A DNA stretch of 64,000 nt from Mobula hypostoma (taxonomy: Eukaryota). Positions 12,593 through 20,689 of this stretch are shown here, one piece after another (the stretch's first letter is position 1; every line of letters begins with the position of its first letter). Under the pieces are notes generated by a model, which did not search any database, was not told the origin of the DNA, and saw only the letters and a program-made list of their open reading frames with translations. The DNA lies in NCBI RefSeq assembly GCF_963921235.1, contig NC_086097.1:182468001-182532000 (forward strand), read 5' to 3'. Both the position numbers and the translations under genes were made by a program.

Positions 12593-12735
12593 ATCTCTTT
12601 GGACTGAGGGAGGAAATCGGAACACCAGGAGGACAGCTACACAGTTCACAAGGAGATGTACAAACTCGTTATGGATGGTGCCGGAATTGAACTCCGAACT
12701 CTGGAATGCCCAAAACTGGTATCGCATCACACTAC
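12593..12735 (-). mobile_element. tRNA-derived SINE fragment (HE1/V-SINE-like)
   Basis: tctttggactgagggaggaaatcggaacaccaggagga...gtacaaactc...ggaattgaac resembles the reverse complement of fish/elasmobranch V-SINE cores, including a reversed B-box. Family name is from recall, not a search. Confidence 0.6.
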
Positions 12736-13551
12736 AGGATGCAGAGGTGGGCTTTGAAGTGCCAGATGCAGTTCAATCCAGAAATATGTGGAGTGATTCA
12801 CTTTGGAAGGTTGAACTTGAAGGCAGAGCACAGGGTTAATGGCAGGATTATTAGCAGCGTGGAGGAACAGAGGGATCTTGGGGTCCATGTCCATAGATTT
12901 CTCAAAGTTGAAGCACAACGTGATAGAGTTTAAGGTGTATGGTGTGTTGGCCTCCATTAGTCAAAGGACTGAGTTCTAGAGTCAGGAGGTATGTTGCTGC
13001 CCTGTATAACTCTGATTAACCCACACTTGGAATGTTGTGATTACTTTTGGTCATCTCATTATAGAAAGTATGTGGAAGCTTTAGAGAGGGTGCAGAGGAG
13101 ATTCCCAGGAAGCTGCCTGGATTAGAGAGCACGTCTAATGAGGAGAGGTTGAGTGAGTTAGTGCTTTTCTCTTTTGGAGAGAAGGAGGATAAGAAGTGAC
13201 TTGATAGAGGTGTACAAGATGATAAGAGCCATACCTAGAGTGGACAGCCAGATACTTTTTCCCAGGGCAGAATGGCTAATATGAGTAGGAATAATATGAG
13301 GAAAGTATAGGGAGAGGTGTCAGAGGTAGTTATTGTTATACAGAGAGTTGTAGGTGCATGGAATGAGCTGCCAGGAGTGGTAGTAGAGGCAGATACATTA
13401 GGGAAATTTAAGAGTCTTTTTAATAGGCTCATAGTTAAAGTAAAATGGAGGGCAATGTGGGGAAGGTCAGACTGATTTCAGAGCTAGTTAAATGTTCGGC
13501 ACAATATTGTAGGCCGAAGGGCCTGTACTGTGCTCTGCTGTCTATGTTCTA
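12736..13551 (+). mobile_element. CR1 ORF2 C-terminus and 3' UTR
   Basis: WALKCQMQFNPEICGVIHFGR..VEEQRDLGVHV; ALERVQRRF; 3' end gggcctgtactgtgctctgctgtctatgttcta. Confidence 0.85.
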
Positions 13552-13689
13552 CCCGCATCTCCCTCCCACAAGAGGACTGTTTCTCCCACCACCCCCACCC
13601 ACCTGCCCCCCTCCAACCATTCCATGCCTTTGGCTGAGGCTCTGGTGAAGTTAGGAACCAGGTTACAGCTCGGGGGCTGAGAGCTGATT

Positions 13690-14110
13690 TCTAGTTTGTA
13701 TAATGGAGCCATGTTGCTACCATTTCCATCTCGCTGCCGGTTACCATGGAGACAGGACTAATAGGGAAGGGAATGTGTTTTAAGCGGGATGCAATCTGTG
13801 TGTGAGGAAGCTGCGGCTGCCGTAATGGAGGTGACATTAGGAGGCTGGAGCGGGCCGCCGAGCTGTCATTAGGCGAGCGCCGCTCACAGCAAATGACTCC
13901 TGTAATGAGGTTGTAATATTCATCGGCCGCTCTCCTCCTCTGATGGCTGGCGGGCCATCAAAAAAACCTCAGCACTTTGTTGCCTCATTGCCTCCCAAAT
14001 GTATTTTAAATATCATTCAGAACACTCAATTATTTAAAACGCTGAACTAAACACTTACTAATGGGACAAGTACCGAGCACAAAAATAAATTCATTCCTCA
14101 AATGGGAGTA
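13690..14110. promoter_or_regulatory. Candidate conserved non-coding element or intronic enhancer
   Basis: Non-repetitive island between a LINE cluster and a minisatellite; CpG-rich core at 13810-13960; at least 8 TAAT/ATTA cores, TGACA/CTGTCA motifs, CTTTGTT and an X-box. No exon-like frame found. Confidence 0.55.
13740..13753. promoter_or_regulatory. RFX X-box motif GTTACCATGGAGAC
   Basis: Near-palindromic 14-mer (reverse complement GTCTCCATGGTAAC) matching the RFX X-box consensus; the host is a motile-cilia gene. Confidence 0.55.
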
Positions 14111-14424
14111 AGTGATCGCCGCAGGATCCGCCTCCCACTCCCCCCTTCCCACCCTCCCTCTCCCACATCCCAACCACCACCTCGGTGTGGCTCTGCCTGA
14201 TTCTGCAGCCCAGCCTGCCGGTCCTGCCCCTCCAATTGGGTCCCTCCCATCTCTAGTGGTCCTGCCCCCCCCCCCCACCACGGGTCCCTCCCCTCCCAGC
14301 CCCGAGAGGATCAACAGCAGAGACAGCAGGGGAACTGCCCCACACACCAAATACACCTTACACACTACAGAGACCTGAGAGCCCTCCCCATCTTCACTAG
14401 GCATGGTATGTGGTGTGACGCACC

Positions 14425-17250
14425 TCAAACACTCCCACCATAAACACCCCTCCCTCACCCACCATAAACACACCTCCCTCACCCACCGTAAACACTCCTC
14501 CCTCACCCACCGTAAACACCCCTCCCCTCACCCACCATAAACACCCCTCCCCTCACCCACCGTAAACACCCCTCCCTCACCTACCATAAACACCCCTCCC
14601 TCACCCACCATAAACACTCCCCTCACCCACCATAAACACCCCTCCCTCACCCACCATAAACACTCCTCCCTCACCCACCATAAACACACTCCCTCACCCA
14701 CCATTAACACTCCTCCCTCACCCACCATAAACACCCCACCTCACCTACTATAAACACCCCTCCCTCACCCACCATAAACACCCCTCCCTCACCCACCATA
14801 AACACCTCCCTCACCCACCATAAACACTCCTCCCTCACCCACCATAAACACCACTCCCTCACCCACCATAAACACCCCCGTCACCCACCATAAACACCCC
14901 TCCCCTCACCCACCATAGACACCCTCCCTCACCCACCATAAACACCACTCCCTCACCCACCATAAACACCCCTCCCTCACCCATCATAAACACCCCCCTC
15001 ACCCACCATAAACACTCCTCCCTCACCCACCATAAACACCCCTCCCTCACCCACCATAAACACCCCCCTCACCCACCATAAACACTCCTCCCTCACCCAC
15101 CATAAACACACCTCCCTCACCCACCATAATCACCCCTCCCTCACCCACCATAAACACCCTCCCTCACCCACCATAAACACCCCTCCCTCATCTACTATAA
15201 ACACACCCCTCACCCACCATAAACACCCCTCCCTCATCTACTATAAACACACCCCTCACCCACCATAAACACTCCCCTCACCCACCATAAACACCGTCTC
15301 TCACCCACCATAAACACACCTCCCTCACCCACCATAAACACCCCTCCCTCACCCACCATAAACACCCCCCTCACCCACCAGAAATACCTCCCTCACCCAC
15401 CATAAACACTCCTCCCTCACCCACCATAAACACCACTCCCTCACCCACCATAAACACCCCTCCCTCACCCATCATAAACACCCCTCCCTCACCCACCATA
15501 AACACTCCTCCCTCACCCACCATAAACACCCCTCCCTCACCCACCATAAACACCCCTCCCTCACCCACCATAATCACCCCTCCCTCACCCACCATAAACA
15601 CCCCCGTCACCCACCATAAACACCCCTCCCCTCACCCACCATAGACACCCTCCCTCACCCACCATAAACACCACTCCCTCACCCACCATAAACACCCCTC
15701 CCTCACCCATCATAAACACCCCCCTCACCCACCATAAACACTCCTCCCTCACCCACCATAAACACCCCTCCCTCACCCACCATAAACACCCCCCCTCACC
15801 CACCATAAACACTCCTCCCTCACCCACCATAAACACACCTCCCTCACCCACCATAATCACCCCTCCCTCACCCACCATAAACACCCTCCCTCACCCACCA
15901 TAAACACACCTCCCCTCACCCACCATAAACACCCTCCCTCGCCCACCATAAACACCCCTCCCTCATCCACCATAAACACACCTCCCTCACCCACCATAAA
16001 CACCCCTCCCTCATCCACTATAAACACACCTCCCTCACCCACCATAAACACCCCCCTCATCCACTATAAACACACCCCCTCACCCACCATAAACACCCCT
16101 CCCTCATCCACTATAAACACACCTCTCTCACCCACCATAAACACACCTCCTTTACCCACCATAAACACCCCTCCCTCACCCACTATAAACACACCTCCCT
16201 CACCCACCATAAACACCCCCCTCATCCACTATAAACACACCCCCTCACCCACCATAAACACCCCTCCCTCACCCACCATAAACACCCCCCTCACCCACCA
16301 TAAACACACTCCCTCACCCACCATAAACACCCCTCCCTCATCCACCATAGACACCCCCCTCATCCACTATAAACACACCCCTCACCCACCATAAACACCC
16401 CTCCCTCATCCACTATAAACACACCTCCCTCACCCACCATAAACACACCTCCTTTACCCACCATAAACACCCCTCCCTCACCCACTATAAACACACCTCC
16501 CTCACCCACCATAAACACCCCCCTCATCCACTATAAACACACCCCCTCACCCACCATAAACACCCCTCCCTCACCCACCATAAACACCCCCCTCACCCAC
16601 CATAATCACCCCTCCCTCACCCACCATAAACACCCCTCCCTCATCCACCACAGACACCCTCCCTCACCCACCATAAACACCCCTCCCCTCACCCACCATA
16701 GACACCCTCCCTCACCCACCATAAACACTCCTCCCTCACCCACCATAAACACACCTCCCTCACCCACCATAATCACCCCTCCCTCACCCACCATAAACAC
16801 CCTCCCTCACCCACCATAAACACCCCTCCCTCATCTACTATAAACACACCCCTCACCCACCATAAACACCCCTCCCTCATCTACCATAGACACCCTCCCT
16901 CACCCACCATAAACACCCCTCCCCTCACCCACCATAGACACCCTCCCTCACCCACCATAGACACCCTCCCTCACCCACCATAAACACCCCTCCCCTCACC
17001 CACCATAGACACCCTCCCTCACCCACCATAAACACTCCTCCCTCACCCACCATAAACAACCCCCTCACCCACCATAATCACCCCTCCCTCACCCACCATA
17101 AACACCCCTCCCTCACCCACCATAAACACCCCCCTCACCCACCATAAACACCCCTCCCCTCACCCACCATAGACACCCTCCCTCACCCACCATAGACACC
17201 CTCCCTCACCCACCATAAACACTCCTCCCTCACCCACCATAAACACCCCT
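14425..17250. repeat. Minisatellite, about 24-bp unit CACCCACCATAAACACCCCTCCCT (22-25 bp variants), roughly 115-120 copies
   Basis: Directly visible tandem array; nearly G-free on the + strand. Confidence 0.95.
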
Positions 17251-17372
17251 CCGCTACCAATCCCAAACACTTCTCAGCCATAAAACATTCCAGCCTCTCA
17301 CCCACCACAAACACTCCCCCAAAACCACACTGCTGAAACACGCACTCCCAAGTACAGCAAACAATCCTTTCC

Positions 17373-17374
<2 letters not shown>

Positions 17375-17416
<42 letters not shown>
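17375..17416. repeat. (AC)21 microsatellite
   Basis: Perfect dinucleotide run. Confidence 0.95.
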
Positions 17417-17418
<2 letters not shown>

Positions 17419-17740
17419 ACACAAACAATACCTCCACCCTCCACCCGAACCCTCCAAACAACCTCTCTTCCACTCCCACCACCCCCCACAGTGATTGCAA
17501 CGGGCACCATCTACAAACCATTACCACAGTTACTGGCCCAGCTCCCCACCCCCCACCCCCGTTGACAGAGGGAGATCACCACCACCTTCAGCTTCCACTC
17601 CGTGTCACACACTGTCCTGCCGAGGACTCGCTCCCCAATAGGTCAGTCCTTCTCTCCACTGTGAAACCCTCTTCCCCACACCGAGGAAGGGCCGTCTCTA
17701 ACATCCCCTGGATTGTTCACATTCTCAGTCGATGCTGAGA

Positions 17741-17818
17741 AACACACATAGACACACGCGCACGCACACAAACACAAACACTGATGCACCCACACACACA
17801 TACACACACACGTGTGCA
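17741..17818. repeat. Imperfect (CA)n tract immediately downstream of the 72-nt exon donor
   Basis: aacacacatagacacacgcgcacgcacacaaacacaaaca...cacacacacatacacacacacgtgtgca. Confidence 0.8.
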
Positions 17819-17823
17819 CTCAC

Positions 17824-17895
17824 CATTCCGATGAGCTCAAATTCCTGGGCTCGCTCGCGGACGGTTTGCTTTCTTTGATAGTAACCCCTCCACAC
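17824..17895 (-). CDS. IQCA1: Internal coding exon (72 nt, phase 0-0) of IQCA1/DRC11-family gene; second half of IQ motif
   Basis: Acceptor ctctcttcctgctccccacag|GTG, donor ATG|gtgagt. Translates VWRGYYQRKQTVRERAQEFELIGM, completing IQKVWRGYYQRK. Absent from the ORF track because it is too short. Confidence 0.9.
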
Positions 17896-18179
17896 CTGTG
17901 GGGAGCAGGAAGAGAGGGCTGGCTGAGTGGGAGGGGTTGCGAAGGGGTGACCAGCGGATCAGTGGACTGCTCCTGGACAAGTGGTTCAGGTGGGGAATAG
18001 TGTGTTGGTCTTCAACGCGAGGGGCTCCCGCTGCAGGGCAGAAAGTTTCTGTTCCAGCTATTCAGGGCGTTGTTGAGTCTGGGAGCTCGAGCACTGCGTA
18101 CCATCTGCCCCACTGTGGGGTTTTGTACCTCTGGAGCCTGTCCCAACAAGGCTCAATGGGATCATTCCCAGGATGAGAG

Positions 18180-18500
18180 GGTTTTCTTGTCCTCTTTCTC
18201 TCTCCTTTGTCACTCTCCCCTCCCTCCCATTTCCCCTTCCTTTTCCTTTACCCTCTTCCCTCCTTCTCCCCACCCAGTTCCCCCTTTCTGCTCTTCCTCC
18301 TCTCCCTCTCTACATACCCCTCCCCATCCCTCTCGTTCCTCCCTCCACCTCACAACCCTCTCTCCTACCCCATATCCCTCCCCGAGGTTCAGCCTCATCG
18401 TACCCATCAAAACCCACCCTCTCCCTCCCCATATCCCTGACCCCTTCCCTCCTCAAAAACTCTCACCCCTTCCCTCCTCCCACCACCACCCAGAGGTTGA
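18180..18500. repeat. C/T-rich low-complexity tract
   Basis: Almost pure pyrimidine on the + strand. Confidence 0.85.
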
Positions 18501-18515
18501 CCCTTGCCCCCTTAC

Positions 18516-18704
18516 CTTCTGGATGAGTGTGGCAGCCTCTTGACTCTCCATGGAGATGGGGGCCATCATCTTCCTGCGTTTGCCCCTCTGTTGTTCCTCC
18601 CAGATCTTCTTCATGAATTCTGCACGCAGGCGGCCCTGCCTCCCGCGTTCTGCCACCTGGATGATGCGGACAGCCTCATCCGTGGTCAGCAGTGCTTCTT
18701 CCAC
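18516..18704 (-). CDS. IQCA1: Internal coding exon (189 nt, phase 0-0) of IQCA1/DRC11-family gene
   Basis: Acceptor cactgtttcag|GTG, donor AAG|gtaagg. Translates VEEALLTTDEAVRIIQVAERGRQGRLRAEFMKKIWEEQQRGKRRKMMAPISMESQEAATLIQK, which contains the family signature EAV..IQ.AER.RQGRLRA.FM and the first half of the IQ motif. Confidence 0.92.
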
Positions 18705-18847
18705 CTGAAACAGTGCACAGGCAGACCCTACTCAGTCAACCAGCTGCCGATCGTGCTTGACAGTGGCTCGTGCCATTCACCAACCACGGATCCCTGATAT
18801 TGCATCCACCCTGTGACCGAGGCTGCAGTACGGCATCAAAATCCTCC

Positions 18848-19160
18848 GTACAGGACCCCCTTACCATCCATTACAGGACATCAATGGCCATTACAGGACC
18901 ACATTCTCCATTACAGAACCAGTCCATTACAGGACATCGATAGCCATTACAGGGCCACTTTCTCCATTACAGAATATCAATAGCCATTACAGGACATCAA
19001 TAGCTATTACAGGGCCACATCATTCATTCGTCTGGCCCATTCTGGACACCATTGTCATTACAAGACCACTCTATCCATATTTGGACCAGTCCATTACAGG
19101 ACTACATAGTCCATGACAGAACCTTGTCCATGACAGCACCAGGGTGTCCGTGACAGGGTA
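18848..19160. repeat. Degenerate tandem repeat of about 20-bp period, core CCATTACAGGAC, roughly 14 copies
   Basis: ccattacagg/ccattacaga recurs at 18868, 18888, 18908, 18924, 18944, 18964 and 18984, with decaying copies to about 19155. Confidence 0.8.
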
Positions 19161-19251
19161 CCAATCTTAGGGAATATTCAGTGCAGCGCTCAGTGCTCCA
19201 GGAGTGGGCTTTGATCAGAAATGCTACAGATCCCAGAAAAGAGCTGCTCAC

Positions 19252-19362
19252 CAGTGCTGAGCTCTCCTCCTCCAGAAGCTGCCCCAGAAATATCTTCCGT
19301 TCCTCGCGGAGCTTCTCTGCCTCTCTGGAAATATACCTGGGGATCGGAATCTCGGCGTTGCT
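19252..19362 (-). CDS. IQCA1: Internal coding exon (111 nt, phase 0-0) of IQ motif and AAA domain-containing protein (IQCA1/DRC11 or IQCA1L)
   Basis: Minus strand: acceptor tttactttctgtcgcag|AGC, donor CTG|gtgagc. Translates SNAEIPIPRYISREAEKLREERKIFLGQLLEEESSAL, matching the recalled IQCA1-family 'L[DE][IV]PIPKYF...R..IL..IL' segment. In frame with the next exon. Paralogue assignment is uncertain. Confidence 0.85.
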
Positions 19363-19394
19363 CTGCGACAGAAAGTAAATGAATCAGAACTTTC

Positions 19395-20490
19395 TGGAGA
19401 GGGAGTGGGGATGAAAGTGGGAAGGAGAGAGAGAATGAGTTTGGGAAAGGGGGTTGGAGTGAAGAGGAGAGAGGGGAGGGGGAGGGAGTGATGGAGAGGG
19501 AGTGGGGGAGAGAGAGAGTGAGATTGGGAAAGGGGGCTGGAGTGAAGAGGAGAGAGAGGAGCAGGGAAGGAGTGATGGAGAGGGAGTGGGGGAGAGAGAG
19601 AGTGAGATTGGGAAAGGGGGTTGGAGTGAAGAGGAGAGAGAGGGGGGAGGGAGTGATGGAGAGGGAGTGGGGGAGAGAGAGAGTGAGATTGGGAAAGGGG
19701 GTTGGAGTGAAGAAGAGAGAGGGGGGGAGGGAGTGATAGAGGGGGAGGGAGTGATGGAGAGGGAGTGGGGAGAGAGAGAGTGAGATTGGGAAAGGGGGCT
19801 GGAGAGAGGAGCAGAGAAGGAGTGATGGAGAGGGAGTGGGGGAGAGAGAGAGTGAGATTGGGAAAGGGGGTTGGAGTGAAGAGATGGGAGGAGGGAGTGA
19901 TGGAGAGGGAGTGGGGGGGAGAGAGAGTGAGATTGAGAAAGGAGGTTGGAGTGAAGAGGAGAGAGAGGAGCAGGGAAGGAGTGATGGAGAGGGAGTGGGG
20001 GGGAGAGAGCGTGAGATTGAGAAAGGGGGTTGGAGTGAAGAGGAGAGAGAGGAGGGGGAGGGAGTGATGGAGAGGGAGTGGGGGAGAGAGAGAGTCAGAT
20101 TGGGAAAGGGGGTTGGAGTGAAGAGGAGAGAGAGGAGGGGGAGGGAGTGATGGAGAGGGAGTGGGGAGAGAGAGAATGAGTTTGGGAAAGGGGGTTGAAG
20201 AGGAGAGAGAGGAGGGGGAGTGAGTGATGGAGAGGGAGTGGGGGAGAGAGAGAGTGAGATTGAGAAAGGGGGTTGGAGTGAAGAGGAGAGAGAGGAGCAG
20301 GGAAGGAGTGATGGAGAGGGAGTGGGGGAGAGAGAGAGTGAGATTGGGAAAGGGGGTTGGAGTGAAGAGGAGAGAGGAGGCGGAGGGAGTGATGGGGAGG
20401 GAGTGGGGGGAGAGAGAGAGAGTGAGATTGGGAAAGGGGGTTGCAGGGAAGAGGAGCAGGGAGGGAGTGATGGAGAGGGAGTGGGGAGTG
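19395..20490. repeat. Purine-rich minisatellite, about 80-85-bp unit, about 13 copies
   Basis: Unit GAGTGATGGAGAGGGAGTGGGGGAGAGAGAGAGTGAGATTGGGAAAGGGGGTTGGAGTGAAGAGGAGAGAGAGG...; GAGTGATGG at 19486, 19570, 19651. Confidence 0.9.
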
Positions 20491-20499
20491 GCTTCCCCG

Positions 20500-20665
20500 G
20501 GTCAATGATCGGCTGTGCTGGACTGTCCTGTGTTCTGTGCTCTATATTCTATGTACAGTAGAGATAGGGGAGTATGCAGGAAACTTTCCCCTCTGACAGG
20601 TAGATTCAGGGGGAAGGGGAAGAGATATAGAAGGGAAATGAGGAGGACCTTTCTCACCATGAGAC
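20500..20665 (+). mobile_element. Short decayed CR1 3'-end remnants
   Basis: ctgtgttctgtgctctatattctatg tail-like motif and a RFRGKGKRYRREMRRTFLT-like ORF2 C-terminal remnant. Confidence 0.4.
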
Positions 20666-20689
20666 CACACTGCAGAGGGAGGGGGGAGC

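Noticed and set aside
200..13551. Active or domesticated reverse transcriptase / endonuclease gene
   Set aside because: Every copy is fragmented by stops and frameshifts; the longest ORF is 170 aa.
1..17823. Next downstream IQCA1-family exon (expected to end near ..QIR.WFIEC)
   Set aside because: No matching minus-strand frame with splice sites found by eye in the unique segments (13550-14420, 17420-17740). It probably lies beyond position 1; TBLASTN would settle this.
18453..18515. C-terminal part of ORF 18453..18704 (VRGQGSTSGWWWEEGRGESF) and its listed Met start
   Set aside because: Read-through into the intron past the AAG|gtaag donor; the start is a GTG (Val) right after the acceptor.
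18848..19160. CRISPR-like look (conserved core with variable spacers); also considered for the 40-bp array at 23510-23801
   Set aside because: Vertebrate intron context, cores of only 9-12 bp, spacers short and related to each other, and no cas genes.
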